Shown here: piece by piece, positions 7,871-17,931 of the stretch
How the letters are laid out: each line of letters opens with the position of its first letter
Position numbering within the stretch: the stretch's first letter is position 1
Virus record (IMG/VR): IMGVR_UViG_3300042923_001013
Span: 1 to 28,155 of that record
Reading direction: 5' to 3' (one strand)
DNA from: a virus
Lineage: Duplodnaviria; Caudoviricetes
Length of the DNA: 28,155 nucleotides
Notes under the pieces: model-generated
Databases searched by the model: none
The model's input: only the letters and a program-made list of their open reading frames with translations
What the model was told of the DNA's origin: nothing
Translations under genes and position numbers: made by a program

Positions 7871-8377
7871 TTACACGAGGCCCCAGGCGGCGATGTGCCG
7901 GTAGTCGAACGTTGCGGTGCTGGCGGAGTTGACCCTGTGCTTCGTGGTGATCGTCAGCGTCTCCCCGGCGACGAGCCCGGTCAGGCGCTTCGTCAGGCAC
8001 AGCGACAGGTTCGTCGTGCCGGAGCCACTCCAGATCAGAGCGGCGCCGTCGTTCGCCGAGTACACAGTCCCGGAGGTCGATCCGACCGCCTGCCAGCTGG
8101 TGATCGTGTTGAGGGACCCGCTGTTGCGTTGCGTCGAGCGGACGGAGATCATCACTGATCCCGACGGTGGGACGGTGATCGCCAGGCTGAAGGCGCCACC
8201 GCTGGCGTCCGTGAACGTGGTGGATGCGGTGGTGCGTGTCGTGGTGTCCTCGGCCTCCCCGTTGGCCACGGTGATGAGGTCGTTCACGTCCTCGGCCAGG
8301 GTCTGCCAGTGTTCCCAGGTCCGGGTGTGGTCTGTGCTCTCCGGGTACGTGATGCCCTTGGCGGTCTGCTGGGTCAT
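7871..8377 (-). CDS. Minor tail protein
   Basis: Position at the end of the tail cluster; GITYP N-terminus; Thr/Ser-rich beta domain. Confidence 0.7.
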   Translation of the reverse strand: MTQQTAKGITYPESTDHTRTWEHWQTLAEDVNDLITVANGEAEDTTTRTTASTTFTDASGGAFSLAITVPPSGSVMISVRSTQRNSGSLNTITSWQAVGSTSGTVYSANDGAALIWSGSGTTNLSLCLTKRLTGLVAGETLTITTKHRVNSASTATFDYRHIAAWGLV

Positions 8378-8378
8378 C

Positions 8379-9182
8379 TCATCGTCTCCAGTTGATCGTC
8401 AGCGACCACGCGGCGGACCAGGAGGCGCGTCCGGCGAGTCGGAGGTAGGGGGTGTCGGCCGTGAGGCTGATGGCGAGTCCGCCGCGGGTTCCGTCGACCA
8501 TGGCCTGCGCCCAGCTGACGGGGATGGCGAACGCGTTGTTCGTCGAGTTCACCGCGAGGCTCGGCCCGCTGGTGGTCTCGTTGAGGGTGGGCGCGCCGGC
8601 GGGCCGGGTCGGCTGGGACACCAGCCGCAGCGTGGCTGTGCGGGCCGCGAAGTCTCCGCCGCCCAGGCGCCGTACCTGGATGCTGGCGCTGGTGACGGTG
8701 GCTCCGGCAAGGGTCCGGGGTGTGGTGCCGTAGAAAGCACAGCCCGTCATCCGGCCGTACGACGATCCGGCGTAGCGGCCCTGGTAGGTGTCGAAGCTGT
8801 TGATGGATCCGCCGTCGGAGCGCCAGCTCCCGTCACGGTAGGTCGAGGTGGCGACCGGCGCGCACACCAGCCGGCCGGTCTTGACGATGGGCTTGGGGTC
8901 GGGTGAGACGTCGCCGCCGTCCGGACCGCTCCCGGCGGCCGGAGGCGTCGGCGGCAAGGACGGCGCCGCGGGGACTTTCGCGATCGCCCAGTAGGTGGCG
9001 CCGCGCCGGATCAGCAGCAGCTGGTCGTTGGCGGCGACGGTCAGGCCGGTCACGACCCGGGCGGTGATCTCGATGCCGCCGATCCGTGCGATGCAGGCGC
9101 CGGACGCGGACGCGGTGAGGGCCACGCCCTGCAGCGCGCCGAGCCCGGCTGTGGTGACGCGGGTGTCTGCTAGGTCGGCCAT
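8379..9182 (-). CDS. Minor tail protein
   Basis: OB-like N-terminus, Pro linker, beta-rich C-terminal domain; coupled to neighbours. Confidence 0.75.
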   Translation of the reverse strand: MADLADTRVTTAGLGALQGVALTASASGACIARIGGIEITARVVTGLTVAANDQLLLIRRGATYWAIAKVPAAPSLPPTPPAAGSGPDGGDVSPDPKPIVKTGRLVCAPVATSTYRDGSWRSDGGSINSFDTYQGRYAGSSYGRMTGCAFYGTTPRTLAGATVTSASIQVRRLGGGDFAARTATLRLVSQPTRPAGAPTLNETTSGPSLAVNSTNNAFAIPVSWAQAMVDGTRGGLAISLTADTPYLRLAGRASWSAAWSLTINWRR

Positions 9183-10261
9183 CAGATCACCCTCACGGTC
9201 AGCGTCATCGCGCCGGGCGAGTACGGCAGCGACAGCGACTCAATGACACACGGCTGCGCGATCAGCCCCGCCCCGGTCACCGACACCACGTCCCCGGGCA
9301 TCAGCCCCGGGTGAGGCACCAGCGTCACCGTCAGCGTCCGTGCCGCCGTTCGCCGCAGCCGCAACAGCGTGGTCGCGGCCGCGGTCCGGCATTCGGTGAT
9401 GGTGCGCAGCAGCGGCGACTGCATGCGGTACGGGACAGGCAGCGGGTTGAAATTGCCGCCGGCGCGCAGGGGGCTGCCGGCCTGCTGGTCGTAGGCGACG
9501 CCTTGGATCTGGTTGCCGGAGGAGTCCTCGCCCTGCGCGACGACGGCGGTGTACGCGCCGTCACGGCTGGCCGATCCCTTCCACTGGACCACGGTGCCGC
9601 CGACACCGTCCGTCAGGTTCAGGACGGGAGTCCCGCCGTCGACCAGCGGTGCCACGTGCAGATAGCCGTCCTCGGTCACCGTGGCATCGGCGGGCCAGGC
9701 GTCGAGCAGCTCGCCGAGCGCGCCGAGGCGTTCGGTGTCCCACTGCATACCCAGCGGCACGGACCGGTCAGTGAGACTGCTGTCGATGGATACGGTGAGC
9801 GCGGGCTCGACCAGGGCGCGCGCGGTGCTGGCGAACGTGTCGGTGCTGGCCGGCTGGAAGGGGGCCACGAAGTCGGCCTCTTGGATGAGGGAGAGGAGCC
9901 CGGACGCGGTGACGGTGACGGTGTCGCCGTCCATGTCGGTGTCGGTGATCAAAAACCAACCCCGGTTGATCCACTCGGTGTGAGTGCCGACGTCTACGCC
10001 GTAGTCGATGCGGAGCGTCTGCCCGTAGGCGGCGAGCGGATGGTCAGTCTCGATCGGCTCCCAGCTGGTGCCACGGTCAACGCTCGGGACAGAGAGCGTG
10101 ATCCGTTCCGGTACGGCCAGGGACCGGTCCCGGGTCTCGCTGCCGTCGGCGATGGGGATGTCGTCGGCGATGAGCCGGCCGCCGAACCAGGACTCGGCCC
10201 TGACCCGCATGGTGAAACTGCGCTGCACTACGGCGAGCGCCTCGTCGGACATATCGAGCAC
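9182..10261 (-). CDS. Minor tail/baseplate hub-like protein
   Basis: Second gene after the tape measure; C-terminal PHPGLMPGDVVSV hub-type motif. Confidence 0.8.
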   Translation of the reverse strand: MLDMSDEALAVVQRSFTMRVRAESWFGGRLIADDIPIADGSETRDRSLAVPERITLSVPSVDRGTSWEPIETDHPLAAYGQTLRIDYGVDVGTHTEWINRGWFLITDTDMDGDTVTVTASGLLSLIQEADFVAPFQPASTDTFASTARALVEPALTVSIDSSLTDRSVPLGMQWDTERLGALGELLDAWPADATVTEDGYLHVAPLVDGGTPVLNLTDGVGGTVVQWKGSASRDGAYTAVVAQGEDSSGNQIQGVAYDQQAGSPLRAGGNFNPLPVPYRMQSPLLRTITECRTAAATTLLRLRRTAARTLTVTLVPHPGLMPGDVVSVTGAGLIAQPCVIESLSLPYSPGAMTLTVRVI

Positions 10262-10264
10262 GGC

Positions 10265-11734
10265 TCACGCCCCAAAATCAAACATGGCGATGTCGAGCAG
10301 GGTGCCTGTGAAGTCGTCCGCCAGGTCCTGCAGCGAGCTGTAGTTGTCGGCGATGTCCTGGAGAGTGAATCCCGCCGCCTCGAGAACGTCAGGCCACGGC
10401 TCCGTCTCATAGGTCTCCAACTGCCAGTAGCGCAGCCCGTCGTACCAAGTGCGGTCCTCCGTGTCGGAGACGACCGCCAGATGGTTGTCGACACCCGCCA
10501 TCGTGACCTGCTTGCGGATGAGGAGGACGCCCTCGGTGGCCGCGGCCAGCACAGCCTGTAGCGCGTCGCCGTCCGCCTCGGTCAGGGTCCGCACGGTCAC
10601 CGTGGCCTGAGCCCCTGAGCGCGGCTTGCTGACGGCGACGATCCTGCCGCCCACGTTGAACACCGTGCTCTCGCGTGAGCGTTTCTTGCTGGGCCAGGAC
10701 TGGATGACGACGGCGGCACCGATGCCGCGGACCGCGTCGGAGATGACGTCGGAGGCGACCGTCGAGGTGATCGGGCTGGAGTAGATGTTCCAGTGCAGGC
10801 CGTTGACGTCGGTGAGCACTGCCAGGTAATCGAGCTCGACGCCGAGCGGCTGCTCGGCGTCGATGCGCAGCAGCGCGTCCAGGCCGGCCACGCTGACGTC
10901 GGTGGCCGCCCGCACTGGGGTGAGCGTGGTGCCGACCTGCCGGTACAGGGTGACGGCCGCGATGTTGTCGGCGAGGAGGCCGGTCGTGGTGAGCAGGTTG
11001 CGGGGAGGGAACACCGACTGCGCGAAGGCCTCCATGTCGGCGGCGGCCTCCCGGATCCGCAGCACGCCGGCCACGCCGGTGGAAGCGGCGGACAGCGTGG
11101 CCGCCATGGTCGGCGCCTGCGTGCCAGTGCCGGAGGACACGGAACAGGTGGCGCAGACGAGGCGGGCATCGTGTCCGTCTGTGACCGCGTCGTCGGCCCG
11201 CTCTGTGACTGCACCGAATGTGACGCCCGTCGCGGTGATGGCCTCCGCGCTGACCGTGGCCGTCGACAGGGGGATGCCGTAGCCGATGACAGCGAAGTCG
11301 CCGACGGCCCACGTGAGGGCCGTGCCGGACACGGCGGAGAAGCCGGTGCCGCTGGAGGTGTCCTCGGCGAACCCGAACGCCCACCGCCAGCCCGTGCCCG
11401 CACTGCGGGCCAGGATGCTGATGCGCCCGGCGATCAGTGATCCCGTCGACCCGGACGGGATGTGCGTGGTCGGGGTGGCGTCCGCGCCGAGCAGTACGCG
11501 GGTGAAGAACGTGACGCGACGCGGGCCAGCCGCAGCCCCGAACACGCCCCCGCCGCCGGAGAGGGAACCTGCGTAGTTCCACCCCGACGGCGTGCTGGGT
11601 ACCGATTCGTCGGTGTGCGCGGACACGACCTGGAGGACGGCGAGGCGGTCGACGGTCGCGCCCGCCGGGTAGGCGGGCGTGATCGTGTCCGCGTGCGTGG
11701 ACAGCGCACCGATGCCGATGTACGAGACAGTCAC
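10265..11734 (-). CDS. Distal tail-like protein with added N-terminal beta domain
   Basis: Immediately follows the tape measure; C-terminal TLQDIADNYSSLQDLA repeat. Confidence 0.75.
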   Translation of the reverse strand: MTVSYIGIGALSTHADTITPAYPAGATVDRLAVLQVVSAHTDESVPSTPSGWNYAGSLSGGGGVFGAAAGPRRVTFFTRVLLGADATPTTHIPSGSTGSLIAGRISILARSAGTGWRWAFGFAEDTSSGTGFSAVSGTALTWAVGDFAVIGYGIPLSTATVSAEAITATGVTFGAVTERADDAVTDGHDARLVCATCSVSSGTGTQAPTMAATLSAASTGVAGVLRIREAAADMEAFAQSVFPPRNLLTTTGLLADNIAAVTLYRQVGTTLTPVRAATDVSVAGLDALLRIDAEQPLGVELDYLAVLTDVNGLHWNIYSSPITSTVASDVISDAVRGIGAAVVIQSWPSKKRSRESTVFNVGGRIVAVSKPRSGAQATVTVRTLTEADGDALQAVLAAATEGVLLIRKQVTMAGVDNHLAVVSDTEDRTWYDGLRYWQLETYETEPWPDVLEAAGFTLQDIADNYSSLQDLADDFTGTLLDIAMFDFGA

Positions 11735-14527
11735 TCAGCGCCTCCCCACTTTCGCCCGGTACGCCTGACGCTGCTCGGACTCGCGGATCATCGGCGTCGT
11801 CTCGACGCGGACGATGTCCCGGATCTCCTGATCCCCGATGAACACCCGCACCTCGACATCTCCGCTCCCGCCCCGGCTGGTGGCGGCAGTTGCCGCCGCG
11901 GCGGGCAGGCCGGGCTGGGCTGTGTCCCGTCCGACGGGCAATCTGCCTTCGTTCACGGCGTCCATGAAGTTCCGCCCGTACTTCGCGACGGACGCCGCCT
12001 TGATCATGTACTCGCCGTCAGAGCCCCACAGCAGGATCGAGTCCGACGTCGACGTGCCCGGCCCGCTCAGCAGCCCGCCGCCCGGGTAACCCGGGATGGG
12101 ACCGCCCTGGGCGCGCCGGACGACCGGGCCGCCCCGCGCCAGCAGGCCGGCCTGCGCCAGCCGTTTGTCCATGTTCGCCGCAACGTGGATGGACAGGGTC
12201 CGGCCGTGCATGCGGTCGACCGCGGCCTGAGCCGCTGCGACCTTCTTCGTCAGGTCCGAGATCTCGCCCTTGATCCGCGCGGTTTTCGACGACGGCGCCG
12301 CTGCCAGCCGCCGTTTCGCGTCGGCCAGCTTCGCCTTCAGGTCCTCGAGGTCGCCCTTCAGACTCGCGGTCTTGTCCGGGGTCTTGAGGATCTGGGCGGC
12401 CAGCGCTGCGGCCTCCTGTCGGGTGAGGCCCATCTGCATCGCGTTCTTGATGAGTTGCTGCCGGCCGCGCTCGTAGATCCCGCTGACCTCAGCCCAGGTA
12501 CCGCCCGACTCCCGGGTGGCCGCAGCCGCGGAATCGGTTTTCGCCGCGAGGTCGTTGAGTGCCTGGGCCGCCGTGCGCTGCTTCTCGGTGTTGAGGACGA
12601 GCTGGCCGCCCTGCATATCGAGGACGCCGGCATTCTCCTGCGCGGCTTTCGTCGCCGCATCGATCGCGGCTTCGAAGCCGATCATCCCGCTGAGTCCCTG
12701 CTGGTTGACGTCGTTCAGCGCCTGGATGCTCTGCCGCAGCCCATCAGCGCTGGCCTTCTGGGCATCGAGCTGGACCTGCACCTCCTGCGCCTGCACCCCG
12801 AACAGGCCCATGCTTTCGGCCGCCAGCTGCTGCTCGAGGGCCTGACCGGCGAGCGCCGCCTTGTAGTCGTCGAGCTGGGCCTCTACCTCCTTGGCGGTGA
12901 AGCCCTGTTCCTTCAGCGAGGCCTCGACTTGGGCGAGGGCGGCCGCAGCGAGATCTGCCTTCCCGCCGGAGACGAGACCAGCCAGGGCCTCGTCCAGAGC
13001 GCCGATGTCTTCCTTGGCGTTCTTGACCGGAGTGCTGTCCCAGTTGCCTAGGCCTCCCAGGGTCACGACCCACTGCTGGACCTGGTCCAGGCCCTGCGGG
13101 TCGGTCACCTTCTGCAGGCTGTCCGCGAGCCCGGACAGGTCTCCGCCATACGCGCGCAGTGCCTCGCCGCCGACCTTGCCCGACCGGCCCAACTCCATGA
13201 GCGACGTCGACAGCTTGTCGACGTCCGGCGTCGGCTTCTGGCTGCCGGAGGACAGCATGTCCAGGCCGATCAGCAACAGCCCGATACCCGTCCCCGCCAT
13301 GGCCAGCTTGGCGCCGCGGGAGAGACCGCCGATCGCGGCGGTGACGCCGCCGATCGCGCCGGGCGCACCGGCGGCCGCCGCGCGCATGGCCCCTACCTGG
13401 ATGCCGAGCGCGAGGAGGGCGGCCCGGGCCGCGTCGGTGCCCACGGCGGCCAGACGCACGACCTTGATGGCGATGGCCAGTTGCAACAGAGTGGCGATCG
13501 CCTCAGGTGGCACCGCCGACACAACCCCCGACAGGGCGTTGATGACCTCGAGCATGCCGACACCGACACCAGAGCCTGCCTCCAGAACGTGCAGCAGGGA
13601 GTCGGCGACGTTCTCCAGCGTGTCGAAGACGATGGGCCCGCTCGCCTGGGCAAAGTCCCAGAACTCCCGCAGCGCTCCGCCGTCGAACTCGTCGCTGTTG
13701 AGCTTGGCCAGGAAGATGGTCAGCTCGTCGACAGCGTGGTCGAGGGTGCGGTCCGCGAAGGTCGTCACCCGAGTGTTCAGGGCGTCGAAGCCGGGAGTGG
13801 AGATGGCCCCGCCGACCATGGTGATCAGCCGGTCGAACTGCGTACTCGCACCCTTTACGAGCCCTGTGGTGTGGGGCAGCAGGGCGTTGGCGACGGCGAC
13901 GCCCTTGGTGAAGGGGCCCATGACGTCGCCGGACAGCTCGTCGGACCACTCCTTGAAATTGTCCTTCAGCAGACCCACAGCGACGGCGGCCTCGCGCGTC
14001 TCGGGCGGCAGGGCGGCGAGCGCCTTCTGGTAGGCGACCTGGGCCTTGGCCGCTTCCTCGGACGCGGCGCCCGAGGTGCGCACGGCTTCCTCGTACTTGT
14101 CCTGCGCGGCGGTGGCCTCGCCGATGGCAGCGATCTGCGGACCCAGGGCGAGACCGTAGGCGGCAGCGGACAGCGCGACCGCGCCGAACTGGACGGCGAG
14201 CGTGCCAGCCGCGCCGGCGAGGCCGGCCACCGCCGGGATGGCCGCTGGGGCAAGACTGATCAGGCTGGCCTTGACGGCCTCGCCGAGCTTCCCTGCCGAG
14301 TCCGAAAGATCACGGAAGGCCGCACGAGTGGCGTCCGTGCGGTCGGTGAGGCGCCGCTCGGCGTCGGCCGTCGACAGCATCCGGCCCTGCAGGTCACGCA
14401 GTCGGCCGTCAGCGTCAGCCGTGATGCCGGCCATCCGCAGCCGCAGCCGGTCCGCACTGTCTGCGGTGCCGTTCATGACGCGGGTCAGCTCGTCGCGTCC
14501 GGCCAAAGTGAAGGTAAGACGCTCCAC
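11735..14527 (-). CDS. Tail tape measure protein
   Basis: 930 aa, Ala-rich helical; C-terminal GPGTSTSDSI...SDGEY motif; follows the chaperone genes. Confidence 0.93.
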   Translation of the reverse strand: MERLTFTLAGRDELTRVMNGTADSADRLRLRMAGITADADGRLRDLQGRMLSTADAERRLTDRTDATRAAFRDLSDSAGKLGEAVKASLISLAPAAIPAVAGLAGAAGTLAVQFGAVALSAAAYGLALGPQIAAIGEATAAQDKYEEAVRTSGAASEEAAKAQVAYQKALAALPPETREAAVAVGLLKDNFKEWSDELSGDVMGPFTKGVAVANALLPHTTGLVKGASTQFDRLITMVGGAISTPGFDALNTRVTTFADRTLDHAVDELTIFLAKLNSDEFDGGALREFWDFAQASGPIVFDTLENVADSLLHVLEAGSGVGVGMLEVINALSGVVSAVPPEAIATLLQLAIAIKVVRLAAVGTDAARAALLALGIQVGAMRAAAAGAPGAIGGVTAAIGGLSRGAKLAMAGTGIGLLLIGLDMLSSGSQKPTPDVDKLSTSLMELGRSGKVGGEALRAYGGDLSGLADSLQKVTDPQGLDQVQQWVVTLGGLGNWDSTPVKNAKEDIGALDEALAGLVSGGKADLAAAALAQVEASLKEQGFTAKEVEAQLDDYKAALAGQALEQQLAAESMGLFGVQAQEVQVQLDAQKASADGLRQSIQALNDVNQQGLSGMIGFEAAIDAATKAAQENAGVLDMQGGQLVLNTEKQRTAAQALNDLAAKTDSAAAATRESGGTWAEVSGIYERGRQQLIKNAMQMGLTRQEAAALAAQILKTPDKTASLKGDLEDLKAKLADAKRRLAAAPSSKTARIKGEISDLTKKVAAAQAAVDRMHGRTLSIHVAANMDKRLAQAGLLARGGPVVRRAQGGPIPGYPGGGLLSGPGTSTSDSILLWGSDGEYMIKAASVAKYGRNFMDAVNEGRLPVGRDTAQPGLPAAAATAATSRGGSGDVEVRVFIGDQEIRDIVRVETTPMIRESEQRQAYRAKVGRR

Positions 14528-14545
14528 CGGCTTGCTCCCTCCTGG

Positions 14546-14716
14546 TCAACGGGTGGCGGCGTGCCGGTCGATCCACGCGACGAGGCGCAGGAAGCGGTCG
14601 ACGGACAGCCGGTCGATCTCGGAGGGCTGCATGTGCAGGTAGTGCATGAGCAGCGGCTCGTACTCGCAGATCAGGCCGCGGAGTCCTGGCGGTCGGGAGC
14701 CAGGTGGCCTTTTCCC
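14546..14716 (-). CDS. Tail assembly chaperone -1 frameshift extension (gpGT-like C-terminal part)
   Basis: The -1 frame is open from slippery G GGA AAA to TGA 14546 (...LMHYLHMQPSEIDRLSVDRFLRLVAWID...). Confidence 0.8.
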   Translation of the reverse strand, partial: GKRPPGSRPPGLRGLICEYEPLLMHYLHMQPSEIDRLSVDRFLRLVAWIDRHAATR

Positions 14717-15117
14717 AGATCGTCGAGAGCCCGGTCGACGTCGGCCCGGTCGTGTGCGAGTTTGCGCAGGTGCGGTAGCAGCGCATCGATCGCGCTGTCC
14801 TCGTTCTTGGCGAGGGCCTCGGACATGAGGTTGGCCAGGACCTCGTCGATCTCGAAGCGCTCGATCCCCACCCTCAGCCGTCGCCGCCACCCGGGAACGT
14901 CGAAGTCGGTGAAGGCCAGGTCCTTCTGCTCGCGACGGCGGAACGCCCACAGCAGGGCCCGCATGGCGGTCGGGTCCTGCGCACGCAGGCGGTCCTCGAT
15001 CGCCCGCCACGGCACGCCGTCCATGGCGTCCTCGACGGCGGCCGCCTCGATCGCCGACAGGTCGTCGGTCGAGTGCCTCTGCTCGGTGCCGTCGTCCTGC
15101 TTGTACGTGATGATCAT
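14671..15117 (-). CDS. Tail assembly chaperone (gpG-like)
   Basis: ATG 15117 (MIITYKQDDG...); lies upstream of the tape measure; slippery site near the 3' end. Confidence 0.85.
   Translation of the reverse strand: MIITYKQDDGTEQRHSTDDLSAIEAAAVEDAMDGVPWRAIEDRLRAQDPTAMRALLWAFRRREQKDLAFTDFDVPGWRRRLRVGIERFEIDEVLANLMSEALAKNEDSAIDALLPHLRKLAHDRADVDRALDDLGKGHLAPDRQDSAA
14710..14716 (-). other. Programmed -1 ribosomal frameshift site GGGAAAA
   Basis: In-frame X XXY YYZ heptamer (ctG GGA AAA ggc). Confidence 0.85.
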
Positions 15118-15130
15118 TCGTTGTCTCTTC

Positions 15131-15640
15131 TCACTGAAGGTCGCGGCGGACGTCGGCGAGAACCCGCCCGACTTCGGCCCGCATGCGCGGGGTGCCGGCC
15201 GCAACGGTCTTGGTCCACCAGCCGGTCGGCCGCGCCCACTGGGTCGCCCAGCGCTTTCGGTTGCCGAACGTGGGATGGCGCAGACGGCCCTCGTCGATGC
15301 GGGCGGCCACGCCGGCAGTGATGTCTGCCGGCAGGCGCGAGTGGTCCAGCCACACCCTCGCGCCGGGACTGGCGCCCTGACGCACACTGACCCGCACCGC
15401 CCCGGCCAGGGTCGCGCGCAGCGGCCTGGTGGTCGGCGAAGGTCCGCCCCGGCCTTTGCGTCCCGCGCCGGGTACCTGAACGCTGCGGATCGCGCGCTGC
15501 AGGTCCTTCTGCAGCGGCTCGGCCGCCCGCCGTATCCGGCGGCTGGTGTTCTGCCGCAGCCGCGGGCCGCCCGCCGCACGCATGCGGCGGGACAGCTCGA
15601 TCAGCTGGCCGGTGCCGAGGATCTGTACCGAGACCGGCAT
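15131..15640 (-). CDS. HK97 gp10-like tail completion/neck protein
   Basis: Basic; V.ILGTGQL..L...M N-terminus; G.LRHPTFGNR motif. Confidence 0.7.
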   Translation of the reverse strand: MPVSVQILGTGQLIELSRRMRAAGGPRLRQNTSRRIRRAAEPLQKDLQRAIRSVQVPGAGRKGRGGPSPTTRPLRATLAGAVRVSVRQGASPGARVWLDHSRLPADITAGVAARIDEGRLRHPTFGNRKRWATQWARPTGWWTKTVAAGTPRMRAEVGRVLADVRRDLQ

Positions 15641-15643
15641 GGG

Positions 15644-16126
15644 TCAGGCCGCCGGGATGGTGACGTTCTCGGCGGGCTCGGAGGTGATGGCGAACTGGGC
15701 CATGATCTGGGCCGCGCTGTCGAGTTCGCGGACCTTGGCCTGCGAGGTGACCGTGACGGGGTAGACGTCCATGGTCTGTGCCGGGACGTCGCCCTCGTCC
15801 ATCCACACGATGAAACCGGTGGCCTCACGGATCAGGAGCGACCGCACGTCGTCTCCGTCCGCCGATGCCCAGAACGTCAGCGAGGACTCGGCTGCGGTGA
15901 TCTCGCCGCCGACGACCGGCGTGAACCGGGAGCCGAGCGTCGGGGTGGGCACGGTGCTGGACGTGGTCTGCCAGCCCGCCATGGCGCCCGTCTCGCCCTC
16001 CAGCGCCGTGCCCGCGTTGATCTCGGGCCGGGTCACCGCGGACTTGTTCGCGATCGACGGCAGCCACAGAACCTTCGTGGTGCCGCGCCGGTAGTAGCGG
16101 ACCGACGTGTTGATCGGAGTCGACAT
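15644..16126 (-). CDS. Major tail (tube) protein
   Basis: 160 aa, RYYRRGTTKVLW...EINAG; typical actinophage tube-like sequence and position. Confidence 0.85.
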   Translation of the reverse strand: MSTPINTSVRYYRRGTTKVLWLPSIANKSAVTRPEINAGTALEGETGAMAGWQTTSSTVPTPTLGSRFTPVVGGEITAAESSLTFWASADGDDVRSLLIREATGFIVWMDEGDVPAQTMDVYPVTVTSQAKVRELDSAAQIMAQFAITSEPAENVTIPAA

Positions 16127-16296
16127 CAGTTCTCATCTCCACTCTTGGTCGGCCGGCGGCGCCTGGCCGCGGCCTGCGTTGTGCTCTTTGCCTCGTCCGC
16201 CCGCTGCCAGCCCGACGCCTGGTAATGCGGCACCGACACCTCGTCCACCTCGATCCGCTCGCTCAGCTCGGGGTGGCACATCGTCACCCGGCTCAC
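16126..16296 (-). CDS. Small hypothetical virion-cluster protein
   Basis: GTGA/TGATG coupling at both ends; HP...I.V....V.HY..SGW pattern. Confidence 0.65.
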   Translation of the reverse strand: MSRVTMCHPELSERIEVDEVSVPHYQASGWQRADEAKSTTQAAARRRRPTKSGDEN

Positions 16297-16625
16297 TGCG
16301 GCACCCGGATGACGCACACCGTCACCGACGTGACCGCGTCGTAGGTGATCGCAGCTCGGCCGGTGCTCGGGTCGCGGTACCGAGACGTGACAGGGATCGC
16401 CTTCTCAGCGCCCGCCGGTACGGCGACCGCCCGGTCCGCGACGGCCAGGTCACCGTCGACGACGCTGGGCGTCGCCAGCGTCACCGTGTGGCTGGAGGCG
16501 TCGCCGTTCTTCACCAGGAGCACCACGCCCGCCCCCGTCTCGCAGGTGTCCCCGCCGCCCGCGGCCGCCGCGAACGTCACGGTCCCGCCGGTCAGTCCCA
16601 GCACAGTTGTCGTCAGCGCAGCCAT
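16293..16625 (-). CDS. Small beta-rich structural protein
   Basis: ATG 16625 after GAGAGGG; MAALTTT...GDT...LLVKNGD. Confidence 0.7.
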   Translation of the reverse strand: MAALTTTVLGLTGGTVTFAAAAGGGDTCETGAGVVLLVKNGDASSHTVTLATPSVVDGDLAVADRAVAVPAGAEKAIPVTSRYRDPSTGRAAITYDAVTSVTVCVIRVPQ

Positions 16626-16642
16626 AGCTCGCCGCCCTCTCG

Positions 16643-17095
16643 TTAGATGAATCCACGGCCAGCCACAGTCAGCAGCAGCCGCGCCTGGGCCCCGTCCTCG
16701 GTCTGGTCCTGCACCAGCCGCGTCCCGGTGATCGCCGCCTCGAGAGACGGCAGGCCGAGGCTGGGCTGCTCGTTCAGCCATGCCACGACCCGGGCACTGA
16801 TCTCGTACACGCGGTTGCGGGCGGCCACGATGTCGGTGTCACCCCGGTTGGCGATCGCGGCGACCGTGATCTCGAACGCTTCTTCGCGGCCGACGCCGAG
16901 GCCGGCGAAGTCGGCGAGGGACTGGGCTGCTTCGAAGTCGCCGGACGGGTCGCCGTCGAACCCGACTACCAGCCAGTCCGGGGCTTCGGTGTCCGAGACC
17001 TGGGGGCCGTCGCAGACCTCGACGCCGGCCAGGCCGCTGTCGGTCTGGCCGAGCGCGACCAGGGCCTCGATCACAGCGGGAATGCGGGAGTTCAT
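16643..17095 (-). CDS. Putative tail terminator/head-tail joining protein
   Basis: TGATG-coupled to the adaptor; V.DGP...WLVVG pattern; position. Confidence 0.7.
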   Translation of the reverse strand: MNSRIPAVIEALVALGQTDSGLAGVEVCDGPQVSDTEAPDWLVVGFDGDPSGDFEAAQSLADFAGLGVGREEAFEITVAAIANRGDTDIVAARNRVYEISARVVAWLNEQPSLGLPSLEAAITGTRLVQDQTEDGAQARLLLTVAGRGFI

Positions 17096-17919
17096 CAGGC
17101 GATACCTCCAGGGTCGCGGTTGGCCTGCAGCAATTGCAGGGCCCGGTTCGGGATCGCATAGCCCAGCCCCGGAATCTGCTCGGAGACGCTGTAGTCGTCG
17201 CCGCCGCCCGGGAGGGCGCCGCTGCGGCTGGGGTGCTTGGTACGCCACAGGTGCTGGAGGATCAGCTTTCCGGCCAGCGCGATGTTCGCCGTCACCGCCT
17301 GGCGGCCCGCCTGGTAGACGACGCGGTACGGGCCCGGCCAGAACGCCAGTCCGTCGTTGCGGCGCAGCACGCCGGAGTCCGGGTCAATGTCGAGGGCAGA
17401 GGACGGGATGGCCTGTTGCCACGGCTCCACGCCGGTGATCGAGGTGACGGACAGCACCGGCGTGGTGTGCAGCAGCATCCGCCCCGTGCCGCCGTTGGTG
17501 ACCTCGGTAACGGCGCGCGCAACGACCGGGCCGGTGAAGAACTCCACAGCGGTGGTCGTGGCTTCCACATAGGTGCGCAGTTCCTCGTCGGTGCCAGGAG
17601 TGGTGATCCTCAGCTGTGTCTTGGCGTCGGCGAGAGAGAACAGCAGCGGTGGCATCGCGTCGCGGACGTCGAGGACATCGGTGTAGGCGCAGGCGGGTGA
17701 GGTGAACACCCAGCGGACCGTGTGGCGTCCGGCCTGAGTGGTGGTGTAGTCGCTCGTGTACTGCCCGGTGAATGCCGGAGGGTTGGTCACGGCCGGGGTG
17801 ACGGTCGTGCCGTCCGGCAGCGTGATGGTCAGGGTGACGCCGACGGCGTCGGTAGCCGTGCCCCCCGGTTCGGTACAGGTCGCAGTCAGACGCGCGGTGT
17901 CGCCGAGGTCGAACGGCAC
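17095..17919 (-). CDS. Head-tail adaptor (gp6/gp15-like) with N-terminal Ig-like domain
   Basis: SLADAKTQLRI...DEEL..YVEAAT..VE motif preceded by about 85 aa of Thr-rich beta domain. Confidence 0.8.
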   Translation of the reverse strand: MPFDLGDTARLTATCTEPGGTATDAVGVTLTITLPDGTTVTPAVTNPPAFTGQYTSDYTTTQAGRHTVRWVFTSPACAYTDVLDVRDAMPPLLFSLADAKTQLRITTPGTDEELRTYVEATTTAVEFFTGPVVARAVTEVTNGGTGRMLLHTTPVLSVTSITGVEPWQQAIPSSALDIDPDSGVLRRNDGLAFWPGPYRVVYQAGRQAVTANIALAGKLILQHLWRTKHPSRSGALPGGGDDYSVSEQIPGLGYAIPNRALQLLQANRDPGGIA

Positions 17920-17931
17920 GGCTCTCCCCCT

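Noticed and set aside
6719-11734. Diversity-generating retroelement or invertible tail-fibre cassette
   Set aside because: No reverse transcriptase, invertase or duplicated TR/VR-like segment was seen by eye.
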